DNA of 64,000 nucleotides, from the NCBI GenBank assembly GCA_963816395.1, contig CAWFKQ010000006.1, positions 256,001 to 320,000 on the forward strand. Direction: 5' to 3'. The position numbers were made by a program, and so were the translations under genes. Positions within the stretch are counted from its first letter, which is position 1; every line of letters starts with the position of its first letter. Below the pieces are notes generated by a model that was given only the letters and a program-made list of their open reading frames with translations, was not told the DNA's origin and did not search any database. The DNA is from an uncultured delta proteobacterium (lineage in GTDB: Bacteria; Desulfobacterota; Desulfuromonadia; Desulfuromonadales; JACZKF01). Below are positions 22,431 through 31,592 of this stretch, one piece after another.

Positions 22431-22478
22431 CTTGCCGCTTGCCGCCCCCGCTTGCCGCTTGCCGCTTGCCGCTTGCCG
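22431..22478. repeat. Heptamer tandem array (CTTGCCG)n
   Basis: cttgccg cttgccg cccccg cttgccg cttgccg cttgccg cttgccg, read directly. Confidence 0.85.
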
Positions 22479-22593
22479 CGGGACGGCAAGATATCCCCTG
22501 CTATAATGCAAAAAACAGGTGCGCACGTCCCGGGGCATGGCGTTCCCGGGCCGCAGGCGGGCACCTCTTGCCGTATTTCGCGGGAGGCCTCAT

Positions 22594-23067
22594 ATGGTGC
22601 AGGAAAACTGGACGCTGAACCTGACCATGCGGGTTCTGTTCGGCTTCGTCGCAGGTTTTCTGGCGACGCTGATTTTCCATCAACTGACCCTGACGGTGCT
22701 GTGGAACGTGGGTCTGGCGCCCTTCGCGCCTTATTCGATGGCTGCTACCCAGCCCTTCGGAGTGCCGGCGGTTCTTTCTCTGGCATTCTGGGGCGGCATT
22801 TGGGGAATTCTGTTTGCGTTGATCGAGAGCGCGTTCCCCCGTCGCGCCGGTTACTGGCTGCTGGCATTTCTGTTTGGCGCCATTTTCCCTTCGGTGGTGG
22901 CTTTCTGGGTGGTGCTGCCGCTTAAGGGCAAACCCCCTGGCGGCGGCTGGCATGCTCCGCTGCTGGTGACCGCCTTCCTCATCAACGGCGCCTGGGGGAT
23001 CGGCACCGGCCTGTTCTTCCGGGGAATGGCGGGGTGGTTCAGCCAAGCGCGCGGCAGGAACGCCTGA
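22594..23067 (+). CDS. Hypothetical integral membrane protein
   Basis: About four hydrophobic segments (GFVAGFLATLIFHQ, FWGGIWG, NGAWGIGTG); GGAGG RBS. Confidence 0.75.
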   Translation: MVQENWTLNLTMRVLFGFVAGFLATLIFHQLTLTVLWNVGLAPFAPYSMAATQPFGVPAVLSLAFWGGIWGILFALIESAFPRRAGYWLLAFLFGAIFPSVVAFWVVLPLKGKPPGGGWHAPLLVTAFLINGAWGIGTGLFFRGMAGWFSQARGRNA

Positions 23068-23075
23068 GGAATCCG

Positions 23076-23399
23076 CTATTTCCTCTTGCCCACGGCTCCC
23101 TTGCCTCGGCCGGATTTTCCTGACCAGCCGCCACCTTTATCCGCCGCAGGTTTTTGCGGCAGGGCCTCGGTAACGGTAATAATGCGGTTGATCAGGCGGG
23201 CACCGTTCAGGGAGGTGATCGCTTCCTTTGCTTCCGCCTCACTGGACATCTTCACATAACCGTAACCCTTGAACTGACCGGTCCTGGTATCGGTGGCCAG
23301 GTGAATGAAGGACACCTTGCCGACTACCGAAAACAGCTTCCGTACATCCTCTTCCCCTGCCTCAAGAGAGATATTCCGCACGTACAGATCCTTGCTCAT
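23076..23399 (-). CDS. RRM-domain RNA-binding protein
   Basis: RNP2 LYVRNI, RNP1 KGYGYVKM, Gly/Lys-rich tail. Confidence 0.9.
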   Translation of the reverse strand: MSKDLYVRNISLEAGEEDVRKLFSVVGKVSFIHLATDTRTGQFKGYGYVKMSSEAEAKEAITSLNGARLINRIITVTEALPQKPAADKGGGWSGKSGRGKGAVGKRK

Positions 23400-23443
23400 A
23401 TGATTTCCTTTTCGGTTCGGCAAAACGGCGGCAGGCGAACGGT

Positions 23444-24187
23444 TCAATCCTGACGGTGTACCGCGAAGGGACCCCATGTCTGGTTGACAGACATCACTTC
23501 CAGGGTGTTGACATTAACATGGGGCGGCAGATTCGCTACGAAAAAGACGATTTCGGCGATATCCTCCGGCTGCAGCGCTTCGGTCCCCTGGTAGACCTTG
23601 CCGGCCCGTTGCTCATCCCCCTTGAAACGGACCCGGGAGAACTCGGTTTCAGCCATCCCCGGCTCCAGATTGGTGACCCGGATTCGGGTGCCGAGCAGAT
23701 CGGCGCGCAGGTTGCGGGAGAACTGCTGAAGGAAAGCCTTAGTCGCTCCGTAAACGTTTCCCCCGGGGTATGGCCAGTTGCCGGCGGTGGAGCCGATGTT
23801 GATGACATGTCCGCGGTTGCGCGCGACCATCCCCGGCAGCAGCGCCCGGGTGCAGAACATGACGCCTTTGATGTTGGTGTCCACCATGGTTTCCCAGTCA
23901 TCGAGATCAGCCTGCCAGGCCGGCTCCAGGCCCAGTGCCAGCCCCGCATTGTTGAGCAGGACATCGATTTCCGGGATCTCCCCCAGCGCTTTCTCGACCG
24001 CCCGACGATCACGCACATCCAGGGTCAGCGTCGCCGCCACGGCTTCACCCAGTTCGCCCTGCAAGGCTTCCAGCCGTTCACTGCGGCGCCCGCTCAACAC
24101 CAGCCCCCAACCCTCCGCGGCAAAGCGCCGGGCACAGGCAGCGCCGAAACCCGAGGTCGCCCCAGTGATGAGAATCGTTTTTGCCAT
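23444..24187 (-). CDS. NADP-dependent SDR oxidoreductase (YdfG-like)
   Basis: TGATSGFG, NNAGLALG, YGATKAF, EPGMAETEFS. Confidence 0.92.
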   Translation of the reverse strand: MAKTILITGATSGFGAACARRFAAEGWGLVLSGRRSERLEALQGELGEAVAATLTLDVRDRRAVEKALGEIPEIDVLLNNAGLALGLEPAWQADLDDWETMVDTNIKGVMFCTRALLPGMVARNRGHVINIGSTAGNWPYPGGNVYGATKAFLQQFSRNLRADLLGTRIRVTNLEPGMAETEFSRVRFKGDEQRAGKVYQGTEALQPEDIAEIVFFVANLPPHVNVNTLEVMSVNQTWGPFAVHRQD

Positions 24188-24427
24188 CGTTCGCTCCTTT
24201 TCCGAATGAATGACTCATAAAAGTTAAAGTAACATTATTGGCAGATATGACGATAAGTCCAGCGGGAAAAGGGAAATCACTCCATTTTTCCCCGGCAGCG
24301 ATCACTCGCCTGATCCATCTCTCTGCCGGCCCGGGTTCCGTGGGAACATCCGACTTCGAAATCATTGCTTTCCTGATGCCGCTTCGATAAAATCCTGACT
24401 TTGTGCATCACTCTGAAGGAGGTCCAG

Positions 24428-25351
24428 ATGGACAACGGAAAGCGCGATCTGCTGGCAGCGGTCGGCAATACCCCCCTGGTGGAGCTTACCCGTCTCAATC
24501 CCCATCCGCAGGTCAGGATCTTCGCCAAGCTGGAGGGAAACAACCCCGGCGGCTCGGTCAAGGATCGCCCGGCTGCCTTTATGATCCTCGAGGCGGAGCG
24601 GCAGGGGCGGCTCACCCCCGGCACGACCATTCTCGAACCGACTTCCGGCAACACCGGCATTGCCCTGGCGATGCTCGGCGCCGCCCGCGGCTACCGCGTC
24701 AAGCTGGTCATGCCGGGCTGCGTCAGTATGGAGCGGCGGGCGGTGCTGGAGGCGTACGGCGCCGAGGTCACCCTGTCGCCGGCCGCCGAGGCGACCGACG
24801 GCGCCATCCGTCTCGCCCACCGGATGCTGGCGGAGCAGCCGGACCGTTACTTCATGCCGAACCAGTACGCCAATCCCGCCAACCCCGAGGCCCATTACCG
24901 GACCACCGGCCCGGAGATCTGGCGGCAGACCGCCGGGGCGGTGGATGCCTTTGTCGCCGGCATGGGTACCTCCGGCACCCTGATGGGCGTGGGACGCTAT
25001 CTGCGCGAAGTCAAAAGCAGGGTGCGCATCGTCGGCATCGAGCCGGTACTCGGCCACAAGGTGCAGGGTCTCAAGAACATGCAGGAAGCGATCGTGCCCG
25101 ACATCTATCAGCCGGCACAGCTCGACGCCAAGCTCGTCGTCGAGGATGAGGAAGCCTTTGAGACCACCCGCCAGCTGGCCGTGCACGAGGGAATCTTCGC
25201 CGGGATGTCGAGCGGGGCGGCGGTAGCCGGGGCGCTGCGGGTGGCTCGGGAAATGGCCTCCGGGGTCATCGTCACCTTGCTTCCCGACCGCGGCGACCGC
25301 TACCTGAGCACCAATCTGTTCCGGTCCACCTGCGCCTGCTGCCCACCTTGA
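24428..25351 (+). CDS. Cysteine synthase (CysM/CysK family, PLP)
   Basis: VGNTPLV, KLEGNNPGGSVKDR, EPTSGNTG, GMGTSGT, GMSSGA, DRGDRYLS. Confidence 0.93.
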   Translation: MDNGKRDLLAAVGNTPLVELTRLNPHPQVRIFAKLEGNNPGGSVKDRPAAFMILEAERQGRLTPGTTILEPTSGNTGIALAMLGAARGYRVKLVMPGCVSMERRAVLEAYGAEVTLSPAAEATDGAIRLAHRMLAEQPDRYFMPNQYANPANPEAHYRTTGPEIWRQTAGAVDAFVAGMGTSGTLMGVGRYLREVKSRVRIVGIEPVLGHKVQGLKNMQEAIVPDIYQPAQLDAKLVVEDEEAFETTRQLAVHEGIFAGMSSGAAVAGALRVAREMASGVIVTLLPDRGDRYLSTNLFRSTCACCPP

Positions 25352-25387
25352 AGTGCCAGTTCCTGAGAAATAAACGGATTTAACGCA

Positions 25388-25557
25388 GTCCAACATGTGC
25401 CTGCGGCACACCCGAAGACAACGAAAACCAGGATCTTAACGCTAAGGCGCAAAGGGAAATGAAAGTCGCAAAGGATGTAAAGCGAACAGTCTTACGGATT
25501 TTCTCTGCGCCTTGGTTCTCAGCTTAGCGTCTTTGCGTTATCCGTTTTTTTCAGGGC
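25388..25557 (+). repeat. Dispersed ~165-bp intergenic element, copy 1
   Basis: Colinear with 57107-57258: GTCCAACATGTGCCTGYGGCACACCCGAAG...AAGGCGCAA.GGGAAATG...CTTACGGAT.TTCTCTGCGCCTTG.TTCTC. Confidence 0.85.
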
Positions 25558-25788
25558 CTCAAGCCAAACTTTTTCAGGACAGAGGCGCTGAGAGATCACA
25601 GAAAACCGAAAAGCGATTCGATATCGATCCTCCGTCTCCGCGTTAAAATGCCTTTGCTATCTTTTGTGAATATCTCCTGCCTTTCCCCCTGCGTCAAAAA
25701 TTCCTCCTTTTTTTCGAGCGGGTAGAGAAGACCTTTCCCTGAGATAGAATAATATCCAACAAGCTGGATATGACGGGGAGGAAACCGC

Positions 25789-26638
25789 ATGGACTCCACT
25801 GACGAACGGACCATCCTGATCACCGGCGCCACCGACGGTCTCGGCCGGCATGTCGCCATGAGATTTGGCCGGACGCGGCGCCACTCTCCTTCTGCACGGT
25901 CGAAACCGGCAGAAGGGGGAGACCGTGCTCGCCGAAATCCGTCAGGCGACGGGCAACGACCGCCTGCGCTACTACAACGCCGATCTCTCTTCCCTGGCGG
26001 AGGTCCGCCAACTCGCCCGGGCGGTCGCCGCCGACCATTCCCGGCTGGACGTCCTCATCAACAACGCCGGTCTGGGAGCCGGACCGCGCGGCGGGGAGGG
26101 GCGGGAGACGAGCGCCGACGGCTTCGAACTGCGGCTGGCCGTGAACTATCTCGCCCCTTTCCTCCTTACCCGCCTGCTCCTGCCGCTGCTGCGGCAGAGT
26201 GCCGAAAACGGCGGCGAAGCCCGCATCGTCAACGTTGCCTCGGTCGCCCAGCAGGAGCTCGATTTCGACAACCCGATGCTGGCGCGCGGCTATGACGGCA
26301 TGCGCGCCTATGCCCAGAGCAAGCTGGCTCTGGTCATGTTCACCTTCGATCTGGCGGAGGACCTGGCCGGCAGCGGGGTCACGGCGAACGTGCTGCATCC
26401 GGCCTCCCTGATGGATACCAAGATGGTGCGCGAGTGGTTCGGCAGCCCGAGCAGTACGGTGGAAGAGGGCGCCCAGGCCGTGGAGCGGCTGGCGGTCTCG
26501 GCCGACCTCCACGGGGTCAGCGGCGAGTATTTCGACCGGGAGCGGCGGGCGCGGGCGAATGCCCAGGCGTACGATCCGGCGGCCAGGCGGCGACTGCGGG
26601 AAATGAGCGAGCACTGGACCGATACCCGCGGGAATTAG
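25789..26638 (+). CDS. SDR oxidoreductase (retinol-dehydrogenase-like; frameshift near 25862)
   Basis: TGATDGLG, LINNAG, VNYLAPFLLT, YAQSK. Confidence 0.9.
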
Positions 26639-26755
26639 CCAGCCTTCCGGCGGCGCTTCATCCCTTCCGGCGGTCATGGACAGCTAAATTCCTTGAATAA
26701 ATGGGTAATTTTTATAAGCTTGAATAAACCTTCATCGCCGGCCGGAAAGGAGGTA

Positions 26756-27187
26756 ATGATGGGCTTTTTCGACAAGATGTTTGGCGGTAGGAAAGATTAT
26801 CCGGCGCTGGACCCGGCCAGCCCGGTCGCAGGTCAACTGGCGAGAATGCATACCCAATTGGAAGAGTTATCCGGGAAGGTGCACAAGCCTATAGAGATCA
26901 TTCCGGGAGAAGAGGATGCCTTCGTGTTCATCGGCAAACCGCCAAAGGATTTTGGCATTGCCTGGATCGAGGGCGACCGGCTTGTCAGCTTCAAGACCCT
27001 GGTTGAGGAACGGGGGATTGATCCGAAAAAGCTGCAGCCCCTGGCCGAAAAGCTGCGTGCGGTGTATGAAGCCAATCAGGACGATCCCCGTTACACGGCC
27101 AGGATCGGGGGGCAGGAGGTGGTGGTCACCCCCTCCGATGAATTTCGCAGGCAGGTAAGTGAGGTGATCCGGGAGGCAACCCACTGA
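26756..27187 (+). CDS. Hypothetical protein
   Basis: AAGGAGGT RBS; MMGFFDKMFGG start; 143-aa ORF. Confidence 0.75.
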   Translation: MMGFFDKMFGGRKDYPALDPASPVAGQLARMHTQLEELSGKVHKPIEIIPGEEDAFVFIGKPPKDFGIAWIEGDRLVSFKTLVEERGIDPKKLQPLAEKLRAVYEANQDDPRYTARIGGQEVVVTPSDEFRRQVSEVIREATH

Positions 27188-27308
27188 CATCCGTATTGCC
27201 CCTGGAACCCAGTGCGGGAAAAGGAACGAACGCCGGCCGGCGATGAGGTCCCGATTCCGCATCCTCCGCGGGCGACGTGGAACGGGTTCGAGCTGGCATT
27301 CAAACCGC

Positions 27309-27452
27309 TCATTTATTTCCGGCGCGCGGCAGGGACCAGTCGAAACGAATGGCGAGAAGGCGCAGGGCGATGACCGTCAGGGCGGCGGCCAGCAAGGCCG
27401 CCCAAGACGGGAGCGAAGTCAGGCGCAGGAGGTAGAGGAGGGCGGCTCCTGC
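27309..27452 (-). pseudogene. 3' remnant of a TRIC/UPF0126 (YadS-like) membrane protein gene
   Basis: My translation: GAALLYLLRLTSLPSWAALLAAALTVIALRLLAIRFDWSLPRAGNK*. LRLLAIRFDWSLP resembles the TRIC-family C-terminus; the 5' part is absent. Confidence 0.6.
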
Positions 27453-27464
27453 TCGGGGCAACTC

Positions 27465-27492
27465 TTGACAGCCCATCACCCCAATCTAAACT
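27465..27492 (+). promoter_or_regulatory. Putative sigma-70 promoter for the peptide/radical SAM locus
   Basis: TTGACA (27465-27470), 16 nt, TAAACT (27487-27492). Confidence 0.55.
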
Positions 27493-27608
27493 ACACCTAT
27501 CCAGAAGCCCTCTGGTTTCCCTTTCTTCAATAGAAAATTCTGATGGGTTTTCCTCTGCGGGGAGATCGGCTTCCCCGCCAAGCTGCAAAGGAAAGGAGGT
27601 GACCGGGG

Positions 27609-27767
27609 ATGAAGAAGGTTCTGAAGGAGGAGGTTCGGCGGCAGGAGGCGGCCTTCTGGGCAGCGCTTAAACAGGCGGCGCAGGAAAATCCCGCCCAGGC
27701 ATGCCACAAATGAAAGAGCTGAAAAGGCGGAAGCTGAAAGCTGCCGGTCCGGCGGCTAAAACCATGA
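27609..27767 (+). CDS. Putative radical-SAM precursor peptide with up to three in-frame UGA (selenocysteine) codons
   Basis: AAGGAGGT SD 8 nt before ATG. Reads MKKVLKEEVRRQEAAFWAALKQAAQENPAQAC-H-K-TGA-K-S-TGA-K-G-G-S-TGA-KLPVRRLKP-TGA. Not in the ORF track. It is 34 aa if the first TGA is a stop, 42 aa if the third is, and 52 aa with full readthrough. Confidence 0.7.
27739..27757 (+). promoter_or_regulatory. SECIS-like stem-loop
   Basis: AGCTGCCG-GTC-CGGCGGCT: 8-bp stem with one G-U pair and an apical GGUC, ~33 and ~24 nt after the first two in-frame UGAs. Confidence 0.55.
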
Positions 27768-27843
27768 TGGCAGATACGGCGGAAAGGGAAGGGCGGGAAG
27801 GCCCGCGAACCCGGCCGTATCTGCCGTTTATTGCAGGCTGACG

Positions 27844-28888
27844 ATGGCGAGCCACGAACCTTTCGAGTTTTTTCTCCAGTGGCATCTGACCGAGCGCTGC
27901 AATCTGCGCTGCCGGCATTGCTACCAGTCCGGCGCGGGCAGCGGGGAGCTGTCGCTGGCGGAAATCGGCGAGGCCGCCGCCGAGGCGGCGGCGATGCTCG
28001 ACGACTGGACGGCCCTGTACGGGGTGAACATCGCCCGCAGTTGCAATGTCACCGGCGGCGAACCTTTCCTGCGTGCCGACCTTTTCCCCATCCTGGAAGT
28101 ACTCGGCCGACAGGGGTTCGCACTCTTCCTGCTGAGCAACGGCACCCTGATCGACCGCCGGCGGGCCGGCACGCTGGCGGATCTCGGGGTGCAGGGGGTG
28201 CAGGTCAGCATCGAGGGTCCGGAAGCGATTCACGACCATATCCGCGGTGCGGGGAGCTATCAGGCGGCGGTCAGGGGGACGCAAAGCCTGCTGGCGGCGG
28301 GGGTGCCGGTGACCTTCAACGTCACCCTTTCGCGGCTCAACGCTGCCGCACCTGACGAGCGCTGGTCGAGGCGGCCGCCGAGCTGGGAGTGCCGCGGGTC
28401 GGGTTCTCCCGCCTGGTCCCCTCCGGCCAGGGTGCGGCATTGGCGGAGCAGCTTCTTGCCGCGGGCGAAGTGGCGGCCCTCTACCGACGGCTTCTTGCTC
28501 TTGCCATTCCCGGTGTGCAGATCGTCACCGGCGATCCCGTCGCCGGGCAGATGCAGCCGGCCGGACTGCCGGCGCGGCGGGCTGCTCTCCTTTCGGCGGC
28601 TGCGCCGCCGGGGTCTCCGGCCTGACCCTGCTGCCGGACGGCACCATCCTGCCCTGCCGGCGCCTCGAAGTGCCCCTGGGCAATGTTCGTACCGATTCCC
28701 TGCGCGAGGTCTGGGCGAGTTCGGCGGTGTTGAACCGCCTGCGGACGCAGCAGCTGTATGGCGGCAAATGCGGCAGCTGCCCCCGCTGGGCCGCCTGCCG
28801 CGGCTGCCGGGCCATCGCCTACGCCTGTTCGCAGGCAACCGGCGGCGCCGACTACCTGGCCGAAGACCCGCAGTGCTTTATCGCCTGA
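27844..28888 (+). CDS. Radical SAM/SPASM domain protein (probable peptide maturase; frameshifts near 28350 and 28570)
   Basis: CNLRCRHC, TGGEPFLR, SNGTL, QVSIEG; SPASM GCAAG...LPDGTILPCRR...LGNV...KCGSCPRWAACRGCRAIAY...DPQC. Confidence 0.92.
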
Positions 28889-28957
28889 CGGCCGGTTGCT
28901 GTCCCACCGCGGCCTGCTATATTGAATCATTCCTATCTCTTCGCTCTCCATTAGACT

Positions 28958-29683
28958 ATGCGCGTACAACTGTTCGGCACCTGTCTGACGGACGCCTTCT
29001 TCCCCGAAGTGGGGGAGGCCGCGGTGCGGCTGCTGCGGCGTTTCGGGGTGGAGGTGGCGTATCCCGGCGGCCAGACCTGCTGCGGCCAGCCGGCGTTCAA
29101 CGCCGGCTACCGGGAGGAGGCGAAGCGCGCCGCCAGGCATTTTCTGGCGCTTTTTGCCGGCGGCAGGGAGCCGATCGTCACCCCGTCCGGCTCGTGCGCG
29201 GCGATGGTGAAGCATCACTACCCGGAGCTGTTTGAGGACGACCCGCACCTCGGCCCGGCAGCCCGGGAGGTGGCGGGGCGGGTGTTTGAGCTCTCGCAGT
29301 TCCTGGTCGGGGTGCTGAAAGCGGATGAGGCGGAATTCGCCGGCAAGGGAAAGGTGACCTATCATGCCTCCTGCCACCTGACCCGCAGCCTGGGGGTGCG
29401 CGAGGAGCCGCTGAAGCTTCTTGCCGCCCTGCGCGGTGCGGAGTTCATCCCGCTGCCCGATGCGACCCGCTGCTGCGGCTTCGGCGGCCTGTTCATGGCC
29501 AAGCTCCCGGAGATATCCTGCGCCCTGGCCGACGAGAAGGCGGAAGCCATCCTCGCCACCGGCGCCGACACGGTCACCGGCTGCGACAGCGGCTGCCTGA
29601 TGACCATCGCCGACGCGCTGAAAAAGCGGGGGAGCCGGGTGCGGGTGGCGCACCTGGCGCAGCTGCTGGCGGAGGGGTTATGA
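28958..29683 (+). CDS. lutA: Lactate utilization protein A (LutA/YkgE, CCG domains)
   Basis: QTCCGQPAFNAG, SGSCAAM, YHASCH, CCGFGG, DSGCLM. Confidence 0.9.
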   Translation: MRVQLFGTCLTDAFFPEVGEAAVRLLRRFGVEVAYPGGQTCCGQPAFNAGYREEAKRAARHFLALFAGGREPIVTPSGSCAAMVKHHYPELFEDDPHLGPAAREVAGRVFELSQFLVGVLKADEAEFAGKGKVTYHASCHLTRSLGVREEPLKLLAALRGAEFIPLPDATRCCGFGGLFMAKLPEISCALADEKAEAILATGADTVTGCDSGCLMTIADALKKRGSRVRVAHLAQLLAEGL

Positions 29684-31049
29684 GCGAGGCGCAGACCAGC
29701 CTGCAGTTCCGGGCCAATGCCGCCCGGGCGATCGGTGATGCCTCTCTGCGGGCGGCGATGCGCAGCGCCGCCGACACCTTCGGCAGCCCGCCGGACGCTC
29801 GCCTTCGAAGCCATCCCCGACCTGGAAGCCCTGCGCGAGCGGGCCTCGGCCATCCGCCTGGAGGTGCTCGATCACCTGCCCGCCTACCTGGAGCAGTTCA
29901 CCGCCAGCGCTACCGCCGCCGGGGCGACGGTGCACCGGAGCGCCGACGGCGCCGAGGCGCGGCGGCTGATCGCCGACCTCCTCAAGGAGCGCGGGGTGGG
30001 GATGGTGGCCAAGAGCAAGTCGATGGTCTCCGAGGAGATCCAGCTCAATGCTCACCTGGAGCAGGAAGGGATCGAGGTGGTGGAGACCGACCTCGGCGAG
30101 TACATCATCCAGTTGGAGCGGGAGACCCCCTCCCACATCATCGTCCCGGCCATCCACAAGAACCGGCGGCAGATCGGCCGGCTGTTCGCCGAGCGGCTGG
30201 GGGTGCCGTACAGCGAGGATCCCCAGGTGCTGACCCAGACCGCCCGGCGGGTGCTGCGGGAGAAGTTCTTCGCCGCCGGGGCGGGCATCTCCGGGGCGAA
30301 TTTCGCCATCGCCGAATCGGGAAGCCTGGTCCTCTTCACCAACGAGGGGAACGGGCGGATGGTGACCACCGTTCCGCCGCTGCACATCGCCGTCCTCTCC
30401 ATCGAGAAGCTTCTGCCGTCCCTGCGTGAGCTGCCCACCTTCATCCGCCTGCTGCCGCGCTCGGCGACCGGCCAGGCGATCACCAGCTATCTCTCGATCA
30501 TCACCGGCACCCGCAAGCCGGGAGAGGCGACCGGCGCCCGGGAGCTGCACATCGTCCTGGTCGACAACGGCCGCTCGCGAGATCCTGGCGGGGGAGTGCC
30601 GGGAGATGCTCAAGTGCATCCGCTGCGGGGCGTGCATCAACGTCTGTCCCGTCTACCGCACCGTCGGCGGCCACGCCTACGGCTGGACCTATCCGGGACC
30701 GATGGGGCTGATCCTCACCGCCCTGCTCACCGGGATGGAGAAGGCCCACCCCCTGGTCGATGCCAGCACCCTCTGCGGCGCCTGCGTCGACGTCTGCCCG
30801 GTGAAGATCCCCCTGGTTCCGCTCATCCTCAAGCTCCGCGAGCGCCGGGTGCGGGAGGGGTTCACGGACGCCCGGACCAGGGCCGGGATGCGGCTCTTCG
30901 GCATGGCCGCCGCTTCGCCGGCCCTCTTCGCCTGGGGGGAGCGCCTCGCCCGTCTCTTCTGGCCCCTGGTGCGCAAGGTCGGCGGCGAAAAGGTGGCCGG
31001 CCGCCTGCCGCCGCCGGCCGCCAGGCCGCTGCACCGGAGGCTGCCGTGA
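29680..31049 (+). CDS. lutB: Lactate utilization protein B (LutB/YkgF, Fe-S; frameshifts near 29785 and 30575)
   Basis: KSKSMVSEE, ETDLGEYIIQL, PSHIIVPAIH, TNEGNGRM, CIRCGACINVCPVY, STLCGACVDVCPVKI. Confidence 0.9.
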
Positions 31050-31587
31050 CCCCTGAGGAAACGATCGACCGCTTTCTGGAGAATGCCGGCAGGTGCGCCG
31101 CCGGCACTCGCCGTGTGGGCGACGGCGAAGAGCTGCGGCGCGCCCTCGCCGATCTGGTGCCGGCCGGGGCGGCGGTGTACTGCCCCGCCCTTTCGGACCT
31201 GGAGAAAGCCGCGGCCGGCGCCTTCCCGGGGCGCGTCGACGATTACGCCGCCGCCGAGGTGAGCATCGAGGAAGTTTTCGCCGGGATCGCCGAAACCGGG
31301 AGCATCGTCTGCGCCAGCGTCGAGGGGCGGGCGGTGCAGTCCAGCCTCCTCCCTGCCCGCCAGGTGGCCATCCTGCCGGCGGGCAAAGATTTTCTCTTCC
31401 CTGGATGACTTCTTCGCCGCCCAGACGCGTCCCGCCCACCAACCTCACCCTCATCACCGGCCCGAGCCGCACCGCCGACATCGAGCTGACCCTGGCCATC
31501 GGTGTGCATGGCCCGAAGCAGCTCGACATCATCGTCGTCACAGGCAGTGAGAAGGGAGATAGGGAAGCAGCTAGGAAAACCGTGTGA
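31046..31587 (+). CDS. lutC: Lactate utilization protein C (LutC/YkgG; frameshift near 31390)
   Basis: GIAETGSIV, SLLP, LITGPSRTADIELTLAIGVHGP. Confidence 0.88.
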
Positions 31588-31592
31588 TCCCC

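Noticed and set aside
22431..22478. Possible CRISPR array in the short repeats here and at 55930-56090
   Set aside because: Units are 7 bp and contiguous, with no unique spacers and no cas genes in the window.
27243..27709. ORF-track calls 27243..27533 (+), 27313..27588 (-), 27486..27707 (-) and 27527..27709 (-)
   Set aside because: No recognisable motifs or good RBS. The region is better explained by the TRIC remnant and the SD-led peptide at 27609.
28958..31587. lutABC as part of the peptide/radical SAM system
   Set aside because: It is a widespread lactate-utilisation module; adjacency alone is not evidence of a functional link.
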